Assembly: GCA_002633005.1 (NCBI GenBank)
Contig: NMRA01000378.1
Coordinates: 162,013-226,012, forward strand
Reading direction: 5' to 3'
Source: Phoronis australis
Taxonomy: Eukaryota; Animalia; Phoronida
Length of the DNA: 64,000 bases
The notes under the pieces are model-generated. The model saw nothing but the letters and a program-made list of their open reading frames with translations, did no database searches and had not been told where the DNA came from. This document shows, piece after piece, positions 25,917 through 41,000 of the stretch. Positions within the stretch are counted from its first letter, which is position 1; every line of letters starts with the position of its first letter. The translations under genes were made by a program, and so were the position numbers.

Positions 25917-28900
25917 TACACAACTACACCACTTTAGTTATATCTGCCGCTCCTCAGATTGTTTCTTAACTACATGCATTAATAAAACATAATTAAAACA
26001 ATTGCAGGTGATCAGTGCAATGAACCCATCTTAGTTGCTAGAGCACGTCAGGTACAACGTGTACCAGACCACCTGCAATTATTTTTTTAGCTTATCGTGA
26101 CGGCGGCTACCTCGAATCCTTTCCATTCCTTGTTAAAGCAAGATTTTTAGAAAGAATGATTGGCTTCCAAAACGGCTTTGCGGTGGTGATGTAGTAGTGA
26201 ACATTATTTGTAAAATATGCTGTTCTATCGCCACCCACCTCCAGCTTTTTAAATTGACACGACGTCTCGTCGGGTCATTTCTCCAGCCATCTTCACGAGT
26301 GTTGCAACTAACATAGGTATCTGGTACACTCGTGGTGACCATTTCAATTGTGCACCAACCTAATGCAACCCAGTTACCCATTATGTGTGTATCAGATATC
26401 CGTGTTCGTTTTTCCACTGACGTATTCATTAAGATGGCCGAAAAATGACTGACCGAAACGCGAAATGCCGTGCCAGTGTACTACACTAGGGCAGCGACTG
26501 AAGTACATGTAAATAGTCTAAATCAGAAATGGCGCTAAACGATGATAATATGTTTTTGCTGCACACTTCTCATTCGTCTTCTGTTGTATTTGTTAATTTT
26601 TAAAATATATTCTATAATCTTTTGACCCTCTCTTGATTTTTACTTTGTCTACTTTCGTTTGTTGCAAAACTCATACATGTATGTTTCATTTATACTTAGA
26701 AATCTGTTTACTCGAAAGCTCATAAGAAATGGAAAAAAGTAATTTAGCACACGTACGCACATTACAGAGGCATTCCTCATAATTCCTTGAACATTTCAAG
26801 AAAACTCATATCACCCCCTTTTAAAGAGGCATGGCCGAAACGCGAAAGCTCGTCAAAATATCTTTTAAAAATTCCTGTAGAAAGTACATGTACCATCTCT
26901 CAACGTCTAGTACAGGGTAGTTTACTTTCCCTTGTGAGGAAAGTTCCAGACAAACTCACAAAATTCACGATTTTCAACATACGCGCGAAGGAAGAACCCT
27001 GTGGTTACCTCAGATTTTTTAATCTCCCTCCCCCTTATGCGCTCACAGTCACTTGCTCGAAGTCGTTTGAGGTCAAAGGTCACTTTCCCCATATAAGGGA
27101 AATGTGCTACGTCTATGTCTTGTCATACCAAACAAGGAGTAGTGTTTTGCTTTGTAGGTGAAGGCGAGCAGTTGACAGATCGTTTTAATTTTTTTATTAT
27201 TTTGAAACAAAACGGTTTGATATCAACAGAAATTAAAAATCATTACGAACAAACCCTAAAAATACCTGGTGACCAGGATGAATTCTGTTTCAGTGACAGA
27301 GCACCACTTTTAATATTGCAATTAAAGTCTGTTTATCGCGTTCCTGGCCTCTTCAATTAGTGCAATGCACGTTCTACCTTTATCAAATCATGCGTTTCCA
27401 CGTGTTTCCGTTCTACGGATAAGTTTGAAAGTATGCGACACTTTTGTACATGTACAACTGTAGTCTGGTTGTCTTCAGTTGGCACGTGAAAGTGTTTCCA
27501 TCATATTTATAGGCATACTCGCACAAACTAAACATTCATTAACAGAAAATCAGTTAAATTTAGTGCGATGTTGTTTCCCAAAACATTCAATGATAGCTAA
27601 TTAACACTTAAAATCAACAGTTTCGTCTACGTGTAGGTAGATGTGTTTAGAGAGAGTGGTTCTTGACTTCCATCTTGAATGGTGGCGCGGCAATAGAAGG
27701 CTCAGGGCGGGCGGACCTTTAGGACTGAGTACGTTTGCAACATGATATTATGAGACTTGATGAACATGTATACTTCACTTAGTAAACGGATTAAAATGAA
27801 TACAATACCTCACAAGACGCTCACTAAGCATTAGCCGCACAAAATTTCGCTTGTTTGAATGGAGACAATGAATATGATTCCATGTGCCATCAGTCCAAAT
27901 TCATCGACTAATCAATTCCAAGCGTATCAGAATGAAGAGATCATGTGCGAACTCCCCCGAACGCTAGCTTTTCACTCGCGCGATATAGAACTGTTTTTGT
28001 TCCCATCTTCGATAACTGACCTTTCTACTTTTGCCAATGCTTTGCTTCCGCTGGTTACGCATCTGTAAATGGTCTCCTCCTGGTTAAAAACTACACGGTC
28101 TAAATTAGGCACAATATGCCCTTACCGTCCAAGTCAAACTGAAGTGGCTCAGTCTACACAAGCGGTGTGGCCTCCCGAAGGTGCCATGACCCCCCCCCCC
28201 ACGCCGTCCTCATCCGCTACACAACTAAGACCCGTCAAATGACGGTTGGCAAGCGTACACTATCTTTGTAATTCCCTTGTACAATAAGGAAGATAGGACA
28301 CGTTTAGTAAAGTTGAGTACCCTGTATTACAATTTGCATTTTAAGATGGGAGTTTGGAGGAATTCTACCCAGTATCCCTTTCGCACCTGGCTTGAGTGAA
28401 TAACTATGCTGCTGCCGGTGCAGAGGATTGGCGTCAGTAGTCCAGGTGATGCATAGATTAGGTTTCGTTAAACAGGTGTTGGTTAGCGTACTAAAGTGCG
28501 TAGGCATAGCGTAGAGTAACTTGAATTTCTCGGGTTTGCGTACACCTGCGTAAATTAAACTTTGTAGTTTCTGCGCCCAAGGGTCCACGCCGAAAGTACG
28601 CGAAAAAATGCTTTATTTCTAGCGTCTATCTCCAATGCGTGTATGCGTCTCATTGGTTCGGTGTATTGCCATGTACAGTGTACATGTACAGTGGTGGATT
28701 CAGGATTTTGAGATAGTGGGGTCAAGGCAGAGTATTAGCCAGGATTTTTACCGTCAGATACTCGCACCCCGAACTCTGTCAAATGGAATCTGGGAGAACT
28801 CTAGGGGCCAAGGCCCCCTTACCCCCCCCCCAAATCTGACACTAATGTAGGCTACTCTTAGCACAGTGTAGGGCTGCGTAAATTTGACATACACAATACT

Positions 28901-31900
28901 CCGCACTACGCAGCTTTCAGAAGCTTTCAGAAGCTTTCAGAAGCTTCCATGTTAAACCGCCTTGCAAAAGAAGGTTCACGTAAAATTCAGTAAAATTCAA
29001 GGTGTAAACACAGCCGGACGTTATAATCAAGGTTGGTCAAACTCATTTTTTTTCTCTTTCCTGTTATATACAGGCATGTGTAGAGTCCCAGCTACTTCCT
29101 TGATGTGGCTCCTGTGAGTGCGAAACCGAACGTTATCGAAAGTTTCAAACAGCGTCATCTTTGAAAATTACTGTTTTGGATCACGTTTTGGGACGTATTC
29201 TTGTGTTCTTTATTTCGGTACATTATGTAGTTTTCCGAAGATTGTAGAGAATGCAGTCAATCGACTGCCGTACTGGGATCATGCGTCTCCGATATGTTGA
29301 TTTATTCCAGGGATAAATTTCTTTTTAGATTCGACATGATTACCACATCGGATTCATATCGCTGTTTAAATCTGGTTTGGGTATTGATCTTTGCTGCTGC
29401 AAAATATTTGGGTTTCACAGAATGATTTTTTTTATAAACAAAGCATCACTTGCAAAATGAGAAGCCTACATGGGTAACTGAAATGCGCGTCGGTGTACAT
29501 GTAAGTAAATTTTTCTGGGTTTTGGGTACCTCCAATTTTACCTTTTTGGTTTGTACACTAAAGGTGACGGAGTTATGTGCTATACTTTTATGTTTTATTT
29601 TGACGCCACTCGTTTTTTGGTTCATAAAGCGTATCATACAAATACACAATTTGATGTTCTCTAAGCGCGCAGAGTTCAGGAACACAATTACCACAACCGC
29701 TAGATGGCATTATTTCAGGTTGTTCATATGAACAATGCAGGATGAGTTCCTTCATTGATAAATTAAGTTTCCCCTCATGTCTACACTTGCGTTTGCCTAT
29801 TGTTAAGTATGACGTTATTGTGAAATGTTTTCCGGCGCCATATTACGTCATCACAAAATAAAAATCGTATCCAAATGCTCTCTATTTTAGTCAATGTGGT
29901 AAAAGGACGACTGTTCTACGAATTCTTGGTAAAGTTTGCCGAAACCCCTCATTTCAGATCAAACTTGTACATTATTCACTGTCAGTCAGTCTTCGGAACG
30001 GAAAAAATCGCCATGATACCCTTCGTTACATATTCTTGTAACCATGTGTCATTTCATTTTCATGCCTGGGGATAAGACACAAAATAATTGTCTCGAAATA
30101 AAGCATTCGTTTGCGTCTCTTTGCCGGCTACGTTGCGCTGCGAACGACCGTCAAACATACAGAGAGCTCGAGAGAATTTCGTTGAAAATTAATCGTGTTC
30201 AACAAATTATGTCTAAGGTATGAGCTGCTGCCAAATTACTCAGGTATAATTACTATAGAGATATTTAAGTCTTAAATCGGTGTCAATAGGATCGTAAACA
30301 TTAGGTCACGCGATGTGGTCAACAAGTGGTGTGCAGACCAGAATTAAAAATGTTCGAGAATTGAAACAATGAAAAATAAATCATACACTGTAAACAGGTT
30401 GCTGAGATTTAAAATAAATGTTATATGTACAGTTCAAGCTGTGTTTTCGTGAATCTATTCACATCAAACAGACTCATGCTGAGAGCTCGCTCAACAGAAA
30501 TGTTGAGTCACGTGGTTCAGAGTTCTTCTGTTAACTGTCTTGGCCTACAACTCATGCATTGCGATGTTCAATTAGTGTTTTGGCTGTATTGCCGGTTAGT
30601 GACATTACTTCATGATGTCAATAAACCGAAACGTTGACTACTTAATTGGATCATAAAATACGGCTCATTTTTCATTTTCAACTTTCTCCTGGTATATTTG
30701 TGCTGCCTGCTCGCCGCGATGTCGTAAATGGGTCTAGTTTCCCCGATTTGCCCATGGCTGACCCAGCTGACTGTGCGTCGTCGTTCGCCATGTCGGACGA
30801 TCCCGACAAAACGGGTAAAAACATTTTGTAGGCGGCGGTGTGTACAGTAGATGGAACAAGTACTTTAAATGAAGAACACGGAGACGATCGACTGAGTACA
30901 CAGCAAGTCAAGCACAGCTAGCTTCTTGTGATGCTGCGCATTTTTGAGCGTTTTGGAATTTTCATAATGGCAGGGTGTTAAATCAGGACTATGTGATGTC
31001 TATGAGCTTTCCAGGTTTAAGTGTCTTGAAACAATTTTCCTAAGGCGGTGAAAGGCAAACAGTAGGTTTTACGGTCGCATAAGTGCATTATGGGTGTTAT
31101 CTTTGGGTAAAGTCGACTTCTTGAAATCATTAACCTTGGCCAGAACCATAAAACTGCAAAACCGGGGCGCGTTTTAATGATTTTATTGCAAATCGCGATT
31201 CCCAACATAAGGTAGGGTACATGTACCACTCGATCGAGTTGTCGACCTATTGAACCCTATGTAAAGAAAATGCGCAGGAAACCGAAGGACATTGGAGGGG
31301 CAATCTCTCTAGAATAAGCATTTGGGAAACGATCTGGAGTGCCGTGCGAGACGAGTTTGAACCGCTACAGAAATGCCGAGCTCATAAGTAGACAGCTGGG
31401 CACTGAGATATGCAATTCACTCCCCATCTTCTTTTGATTGATTTTAGTTTTCATAAAGTTTACATCATTTGCAGTGTGTTACTAATTACATATTGAAATC
31501 CTTCGCTGAGTCTTAAAACTTTTTTTCAACTAATTTCGGCCAGCCGGCGCTATAAATAATATATAAATTTGGCAAGTTATCTTTAAAAACCTGATATACA
31601 ACTGTTAAGCTAAACATTTTTTGGGTGTTCACTATTACCAAAGTATTGTGTTGCTGGACATCAAAAATTGCTTGAATTACGTGTCGCGCCATGGCCACGT
31701 GTGTTCAAAAGCTGTGAAGTCTAGGGCCATTGGACTCGCAGATGTCTGCGAAAACAAAAGCACACGGGAAATACATTGACGCAAGGAACCCGAGGTAAGT
31801 TTGGTGAAGATACTGCTAGTCTTATTAGAGATAATTTCGTGTATTTCTGTTCAAACTTACGCTATTTATTCATGCTTCATTGTAGTCAATTGTGTCTTTC

Positions 31901-34900
31901 AATCATTGAACCAATGCGCAAACGAAAGCGGTATAAGTTTTTCTGCGTGTGTGCTCGACACTTTGCCTGATTAGTGTATTTCCATTATTAGCAATGCCAG
32001 TAAGCAGAACAGGTTTTTTAATAATTTTTGTTGTTTTTGCTTCCAATTTTTTCCTGTTTTCTCTGCAACAAGTAGTGTACCTGAGAACCTCTTTCTAGGA
32101 ACGGGTCCCAGTTAGTAGCACCATGTCACGTGCGCTGGTTAGGTGGTGGCCCGGCCCTTGCCAAATGATATCGTGTGGAGGTCGCAAGTAATCTCGTCGC
32201 ATGGTTATCGCCTATTGGACGCTACCATTGTTTTTCTTAGTTGTGTCTTTTTTGGATATGACAATGCAGGTCGCACGGATTGGGCGCACATCATCCAGTT
32301 ACCGATTACGCTTACCATTATCTTAACGATAGAAAAGAAAAACAAAATGAACAATGGATACTCATATCCACCGATATCTATGCCACGAGCTCGCGTCTTA
32401 GTTTCATGCGTATGACAAATTGCATCTTTGTAAATTGCTACTATCTTAATAAAAAAGCTTTAAGTGTGACAATAAGTGTCGGCATGACGCATGCGTGAAA
32501 TGTTTGTTAAAGAACACCATCGCATTTAGGACTGAGAATGCATTCGTGGGGAATTTTTATTCTAGTGTAGTTAATTTACTGCTCCAGGAACGTAACGGTG
32601 ATGATCGAAACGAAAATGCCAAGGGTTAATCTTTTGAGTGTTTTCTTTACAATAGTTGGAGAATCGGGCGATGTACATGTACAGCCGCAAGAGATACATG
32701 TATGAGTTGAAGTCGAGCTTGCTGCGGTTGTACTACACAGACCTGGGGGTTTGCATCCTAACCCTCGTATTCCGTAAATAACTTGACATTCATCCTTACC
32801 TTTGATTGATTTAAACGTATACCTAGTTTTAGAGACGTTTATCATGTTTTTGTGTTTGACCGTTAATCAACCGAATGACTTCCTCGCAGAGTCTCTAAGC
32901 TCTTTGAATAATCTCGAATAAATACAGATGGTAAACCGGCTTTGCTTGATACACTTCACATCCCCATAATCTGGTAATTATTTAACAGTTAGCCAATCTA
33001 TTTTGGGATGTAACTCCATTATCAGAGTACTGTGTTTTTGGACCTCATGTCTGAAATCTAAAAACGCGTACATGTACAATTATGCCGCACCTGAAGGTCA
33101 CGATTGGTTCAACAGAAAGGTCGGCGGTTATTGGCCTCGTATATTTTCGAGAAAAATGGTCGCAAAACAAAATATATTCACGGAGGTGTTTCTAATCAAA
33201 AGGCTCCTAGTGAGTATCGGAATGTTGAGTCTGGGATGAAATCAATGTAGTGCTGCTTAACTTTTTGGGCTTTTTAGTTTAAATGCGTCGTTATCACCGA
33301 TTTTTTCACATTAGAGAGATATAATCGGTATTACGTCCGATAAAACATTTTATGACTATCGCTGCATGGTGAACATCTCGTCTTGATGTTATAAGTTAGA
33401 CAAGAGATATAAAACAACAAAGCTCGTTGTGATTTTGTGTTTTTAGTCTCGCCCTTTTCCGCAATTATTTGCTGAAATCAAAGCTGGTGACTTTTCAAGT
33501 TAATTTCCCTTAAAATACACCACCATTTATCGATTGGGATTTAGCTCGCCGGGCAATTGCGAGCCGCGACCGCAGGGGTTGTACACGTAAGTTTTAATCC
33601 GCACTGAGACTGATCGCAGGATACATATTTTCTGGCGGATAGTGTTCCGGTGTTTAAAGACACGGATGTTTGTAAATCATTGAATGTAGACTTTTCCTAC
33701 CCCGACCCTAACAGGTCCGCGGCATGCTGAGCTTACAGAGCAGCGTTAAAACGTTCATGGTGAAACTACGTAAAACGAGCAACAGCATGCTGACAAAAAC
33801 GGCAATAATGCAAAAAAAAATAAATTTGTAAGCTTTATTACGAGTAAAACCACGTCAACAAAAAAATTCTCGTAACTTTTGGCCTGATCTTTGACCGTAT
33901 ACTTACGGACGTTGTGTCCAGTGGGAATTACAGCGTCGTGACAATGCGATATAGCGCTCTCTGGCTGTCACATCAAGCTTTTTCATCATTTTTACGAGAT
34001 CAGAAAAAATCCACAATTAACCGTCAGCAAATACCAGCAACTGTGATTACAAACAAATTTCAAATGCTGTAGTTACAGTATATTTTGGTAATAACAGAAT
34101 ACTCCCTCATTGAAACCGAATTAGCCTCATTCGGCAATTCACTATAGTTACCTTGGGGAACTGCCAAAGATACATGATGTATAGGCATATGTCGTGCGTG
34201 TAATTAGTCCCACTAACCCACAGAAGCAGCCAGGTACATAAATTATTGATAAGAAAACCAAGAGCCGTTTCCCGAGATCAAGTGTCCCGGGCTCCTCACT
34301 CCCAATTTCGGTAACAGCCGCAAACCGACTGTTGCCTTATACAGTGACTCACAATCAGGTCTTTGCCACACATCCTCAAATTTCTTACCTCAAAAAGGTT
34401 TTTCTCAAAAGACATCTTGCACGCCACAGCTCATAGGGCTGGTCAGGCTAAAACTTCCAATTTCTGCCGCTTGAGACCGTGGGCTGTTACCGAAGGAAGC
34501 AATCTTAACAAGATATTTGTATCCCGTCTCCTGTGCTTGGTATTTTGACAGTATCTTGATTCATACACGGAACGTTTAAATTAGAAACTTCTCCCTCGGA
34601 CGAAAACGTCAAATTGTTTCATAAACCGAAATAGCCGAAGTACATCTAGTAACCGATACCAGACTGTGCTGTCAGTTAAATGCGAGAGCGTACACCTGAC
34701 GGTAAATGGCAACGTTGCTAGTGAACTCGCCGAGCGGGTTTATTGTACCGTATAGGCTACTCGTAGGTTTACACAGATAGTTCAGAGGCCTTAAGCTATA
34801 CGAAGGTGGGTAATTTTACGTGGCACCGGTTTTCACAGTCTGTTCACTCCCTCGATTGGAACTGCTTTTTCACCTAGCTACCCACTAATCACACACACTG

Positions 34901-35222
34901 GCTGTTACAATGATTTGTCCGTCAAATTCCCTCTCACCATATTTTTCAATCTACCAACCTCCCTCCAGCCGTCGCCAAACCTGCCCCTTCATTCCAAGAA
35001 GCGCGCCCCTAGTGGGTGATGGTCACTTATATCTTCAGTTAGATCACCCGGTGTTGAGTGTAGCCGTAAGGGCATGTTGATATTTTAGAAAATAATATAC
35101 ACACGAGTATAAATGGGAATGACAGCGTTAATTTATTTTACCAAGGTTCCTTCCGCACTGCGAGCTTTGTTTTAACTTCGCCAAAGCAGCAGAAAAACTA
35201 TAACGCAAAATTACATTACCAG

Positions 35223-35368
35223 GGCTAGGTTGCATAAAACTTCAAAATTATCCGCTGGATAAATTTGATTTTTGCATGACGTCAAGTGTATTGTTCCACA
35301 ATAACGTGATGCGTGATAATGCCACGTCATTATTGCTATACGGCGTATAAATTTTATGCAACTGGGCC
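35223..35368. mobile_element. PIF/Harbinger-type MITE
   Basis: TIR GGCTAGGTTGCATAAAA / TTTTATGCAACTGGGCC with 3-bp TSD CAG. Confidence 0.7.
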
Positions 35369-35437
35369 CAGAACTTTTCAACTTAAACGTTACTTTTCAT
35401 AGACTTAGAAGTCGCTATTCATTGCATAAAAAATTAT

Positions 35438-36400
35438 AGAATCAGAATCAGAAATGTTTATTGTATTTAGGCCTTGGCCAGATAAGTAGCCTACAGTTTA
35501 CATTACAAGTTTACAATGATAAAAGTTCAGCTCTTAGCACTGTTGCTCATGAGATTTTTAGCGTCGGGGATTTTTAGTTCCCAAAGATGATGGCTTTGAC
35601 AAAATTGAATTACTCTGGCATCAGGTCAGTGTCATATTCGTCAGCAAATTTCTGTGCATGTCACCAATGACAGGATAGTGGCGCATAAAGTGAATCTCAT
35701 TACTTTTTAATTTGTTACATATTCCACAAATACTCTCGTCCTCGGTTAGACCTGCGTGCCGCCTTCTTTCAAGGCTTTTGCATTGACACCTAAAACGAGC
35801 AAATATTTTCCTTAAGTATGAGTTTAGCAAACACAGTTATTTTTCACACTGATAATACAATAGACTTTGATATTTGAGAGATTGAAAGGCTTATACATGT
35901 ACATGTACAATTTCACTTTGGCTGATGCTGCCACTTGAAGTATGAAGGTATCCGTTGCACATGTCTCGCATTGAGGGCCACGGTCGTAAAATTAGGCGGT
36001 GTAGGTTACGGTCTCAGAAAAGCTGTCTACTTCCCTCTTCTCTTTGAGAACTAAACAGATTCAAATAGCAGAACCTTTTCCATTCCGATATTGGGGTACC
36101 CCAAGGCTTTGATTGTTGCATGATGGCGGATTCATTTACTGTGTCCCAAAACTTGGTATTTTCCCCGGTCACACAATTCACCTTGGCATTTGGCTTGGTA
36201 CAGTTTCTTTACGTACTTTTATATATCCTTTTTAAGTTGATTGCCAGATCGTCGTTATATAGCACTTCAACGACTATCACTTTTCTAATAGTTTCTGTCT
36301 GCATTCAATGTCAAGCAACTCAGAATCTGTGTTTTGCTTAGCAAGTTCGATAGGTTTTCTCGCAGTGTTCCTTTCACATGATGTCAAACTTAATCCGACA
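35438..36400 (-). mobile_element. LINE (CR1/L2-like) 3' remnant
   Basis: RKIFARFRC...ICGICN...NEIHFMRHYP is a C-terminal CCHC-like region. AATAAA is followed by a (TTCTGA)n tail on minus at 35438-35462. Confidence 0.7.
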
Positions 36401-38041
36401 AAAGTTCAACACTGTTATTGATACGTGTGTTATTCAAATTTCACATGTCTGTAGGACACTCGTGTTTTGCAAGGGTCTAAGTTTGATCAAAATCGACAAG
36501 ATCTATCATGTCATAGTCTACGCGTATCCACTGATGTACAGCACAACCACTTAATTTTAATTAACGTTGAAAAACGTTGGAAGTTACTTTCAGGTTAGTT
36601 GTTAGCATAACACCACCCACCATTAGTATTATCTAATTCTATTTTTGTGACTGAGTTCAGCTTACAGGCTGTTAATGCCATGGAATCATTCATAAAGTGC
36701 TTAGTCTTGGGCCATTTTGTTCAAGTTGGACTACATGTGATCCATCAAAACCGCGCTGCCAACACGACCAATTTGATCAACTTTAGCATCTCTAATTTGT
36801 ACCCATTCTTCCTCACCCAAATAAAAGACGAGGCTCCAAAAAAAGTGTGGCAAAAACGCAAAACTGTCAGATTACATCTTGCCGATCACAACTTTCCCAC
36901 TATAAATAACACAGCGCAAAAATGTGTTGCCACTCAATCACTTGAATTTTTTGCAATGTTGGCTTGTTTGAGGGCTACCTGAAATCGCCACAGGTTTCTC
37001 AGTAGCTACGCGGAAATGTTACATGACTTTGATCTGGGAATTAAATTTCAGAAGTCAAACAGATCGAAAAATTACCAGTTTTAATCCATGTTACAGTATA
37101 CATTTTAGACTGTATTTTTACCCTGAAGTCATCGGTAGAGCAGTAATAATTGTCTTGTTCCACATATAAGAAGCTAAACCAGTGTCCGTGGTATCGAAGT
37201 ATCCTGTCTACCGCATCGTTTACAAATTTACATGTGCACGCTGTGACGGCCGCCTCACGCCGAGGCCAATTTTCTAATGTAACATAATCTGTTCGAGTCA
37301 CTTTTTCTACTGATTATTATAATCAATATACATATAAGCAATTTAAGCACACCTATTTTATGTTTACGCTCATCACTTGAAAATTTCACCGTAAAAGTGA
37401 CAACAAATATGGATAACTAGCACCCATATGACGATGTGTACAGTAAGCAAAGATAAAATTCACAAAGTGGAATATTTTTGGAAAATTATTAAATTTTGCC
37501 CCTATTTGAAAAGCACACATTTCCCAACGTTTTTTTTTTTTTCTTGCTCATTGCTTTATTCTTCATTGTCCGACTAATTTAAAATTGCCATTTCAGTCTA
37601 CGGTGAATTGTAGGGCTCAGAAAATCATTTTAGTACCCGCCTTCTGAAAGGACGGCAAAAGTTGACGTTTTCAAGCCACCAATCGATTAAAATGTACCCT
37701 TTAAATTCAGAGCCAAATGGTACTTTTTCAGGTCCATCAAACGAATGTCTTTACTCTTATATCATGGTAAATTGCGTATTGTATGATCGCGTGAGCTGCG
37801 ACACTGAACCGGGAAGTGGCCGTCGTGAGATAAAGTCATCGGGAGTGCCATAGGGGTCGCTCGTTCAAAAGTTATTACGAAATTTACTCAACAGGTAGCG
37901 ATTCAGTCAGGAGTGTGAGAAGCCGACAGAAGTCAGGCTTTGCTGGCATGTTCAAAGCTTATTTGGTGGTGTGTGCTACTATAGGAAGAGGTCTACTTAT
38001 TTAATACCTATGTTGAGGTTCTGTGAGGTGAAAAGGCAGAA

Positions 38042-41000
38042 ATGAGAGCAGTTGTGCAAAGAGTTATGAAGGCCAGTGTTTCAGGTAGACTCGATATGGC
38101 GATATGACACATGATGGCCTTCCTTATTCATTGATTGATAAGGCTGACAATCGGGCCAACAGAGGCGATGGTCATTGCCTATCACTGGTGATGATATGGG
38201 TAACTTTCGATGTATGTTAACTGGCGATAACTTTTGAATGGAAATATACTGACAACCATGATTTACCTGTCAATGATCTTTAGGCTTCCTAATATTTAAC
38301 TGAATTCAGACAGAAGAGTGCCACCACCGACACCGGCACTATAAGGCGGCAGTAGAAATGAATTGAAAGGGTTGCCATCCTATACTATAGGCTCTCCATC
38401 GCTGGAACCCTTTCGACACATTATGACGTCATATCCCCTTTTGCGAGCAGTGTAAAAATGGCCAGTTGGCGATTTAGGCAACTATGCATTTTGGCAGATT
38501 TGGGCAACTGAATGAAAGGTAACTGTTGGACAATAGCTGGTGGGAAACCTGATCAAAATTGATTTGAGAACCAGTGACTTAACGACTGACTAATGGGCGT
38601 TCAAGGACAAAGATATCATGCGCCTAGTCTGCCGTCTCGCCAGCTTCCTTCGCTTCAGCATCTTCATCCATGTCAAACACGTTCTAGGATTTCCCAACTT
38701 CATCACTGATTGACTCTCTCCAGGCGTAATTCAGTGAAAGTAACTGGTTCTCAAATCAGGACCCATGTATCCTACCAAGTTGCACATCAACGACCTCCTA
38801 AGGTGTCCCTCTATATTCAAAAGCTACCTATGGCAATGTGATTTTCATACTTTAATCAGTGTGAGACATAATTCGTCAAAAAGCTGGAGGCCCTATGGAA
38901 TAGCCACTGTCTCTACTGCAGCCTGTTGAGACATTGGTACTGTCTATCCTTTACCAGTGTGGATAGTCGATAGTGTATTACCTTCAATGATAATACCTAA
39001 CCTACAGTGAATACTTAGGCTAGCTACTGCCATGTCCTAGTAAAGACTTTTCTTCCTACACCCTTGCCATTGGCCTTGTTTTATCAACAATGACTAAGAA
39101 GTCTATTCCCTGCATACTCTAGTAATGCTATTTCCCTCACTCAACATTCAGCCAAAATGTCTTTACTCGAACACTACGTTATTGCGGGCTCACTAACTAC
39201 TGTGCATCAATATGTTTTTGGCAATGCACAAGACCACATGCATCATCTGTTTGGAAAGATTTATAATATTAATAATAAATCGTTCCAACTAATTGTGCTG
39301 CACAAGATAACTGCAGTTCCAGTGAAAACCACAATATAGCCTACTAAATAGTTATCATTGCTTACATGGTTATGAATAATGCTGGACACGCCATTTTTAT
39401 CAAGTTTATCCCGTGTCACTTTAAAGATTTCCCACCATGACTCTGTGTCTCAAAAATAATTTTATTAATACATGTTAAGAGATTTAATATACTTAAGTTT
39501 ACCTGTTGCTAAGAAACAAATCAAAACTTAAAAAAATATATTTTCGTGTTATCGGCGTTGGAGGACCATCTCGGAACACTGTCTCCACCATTGTTGTTCT
39601 TACCAGTACGATACTGAGGAATTGTGAAGAAAGTCCATGGAGAGCCACCTTTTTCAGACATGAAAAGGTGCACTTGTGGGGCTGTAGTATAACAGCAACT
39701 TGACTTGAAAACGTCTCTGTGTTCAAACTTCCTAAATACGTGAAAGTTGCACAGGAATGCCATCTGTTTGTGCGCTGCACAAGAGTGTGGAATGTCAGCG
39801 TGGAACATGCGATTCATTCGAGAGCCACAATTTGTTTCAACCAAACATAAAAACGACATTACGATGACAGAATTGCCTCCTTGTAAATGAATTTGCAAAT
39901 TTTATAAATAACGAGAAACTGCTTCCATTCTAGGGCGAGTGATGCCAGGCCCAGATTGAATGCTACAACACATAGAGTTATGTATTGTGTGTAGACCATG
40001 GGCTCATTCCATCATGGCAATAGTGAATACGAGTGACCCAGGTTTACTTTGGCCTTTGTCAGTGTCCATTTTGTGAAAATTGACCACCCATTGTTTCAGT
40101 TTGTTGTAACTCACATATGTCTGCAGCTTTTCTTGTGCAAGTGGGTCGAGTTCATTTGGCTTCAAAGCTGAGGAAAGTTTGCTAAGTGGAAATTCAAATC
40201 AAATTCATTTTCCGATTTTTCAAGTAGTTGAGTGATGCCCGTATCCTCTCTCTTCTCTCTCTGCATAATAATTGACCAATCACAAGCTTCGCGTCCTTGC
40301 GTAATGTCAACAAACACAATAAGTTTTACCTAGCAATGTGTTGGTTGTTGGGTAAAATGGCAGCTTGGAAATGATGGTGTGTCAAGAAGGCTGAATTCTG
40401 ATTGGTCATTTAAGCCGTCACTCATAATCCTGGCGATAGGTCAATTGTCCAGTTCTTGCTCTAAATCGTCCTCGTCTTCTGATCTCCTGTGTTCCGCCAT
40501 TGCAATTAATTATCATGTGACCAAACGCCTTCCACCCATTACATTATTTGGCGGGAAACTTGTAAATGACTAATTTTTCTACAAAATTAAAAAAAATGCG
40601 ACTATTAGCATAAAAAGTGCCTATTTGGTTAGATTTTATGGTTTTCATTTCATATTAGCTAAATGAAACCTCAAAAACTAAGAAAACGCATGGTGGGAAC
40701 TCTTGAACTACTGCGATATTGTTTGTCATTCTATGCTTTAATCCTTGCATCCAAATTTGAGCCATTGCAGTACAGAGCCCGTTGGTGAAAAACAGTCTAA
40801 AAACCCTCAAGAGTATACTTCAGACTTTATTGGGGTTGGCTGGCCCAGGAATTGTGAATTGGAAAATGGTGCATGTAGGCATTGCCTCCCATTTAGTGGG
40901 TGATGGAATTGAAATTCTATCATCGTAAGGAATATTAATAAAATCAAATAGATGTTGGGATGCCGTGCCGTTACCGACGAATAAAATATGAAATAGTAAA

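Noticed and set aside
28912-28948. (GCTTTCAGAA)n as a heat-shock element
   Set aside because: The spacing does not give alternating nGAAn units; it is a simple 10-bp tandem repeat.
30678-30911. GC-rich minus ORF as first exon of the calmodulin-like gene
   Set aside because: It ends in stop codons with no splice donor and shows no recognisable homology.
1-37900. Most 60-130 aa ORFs in the track
   Set aside because: No recognisable domains or splice-consistent structure; their lengths are as expected by chance in intronic and intergenic DNA.
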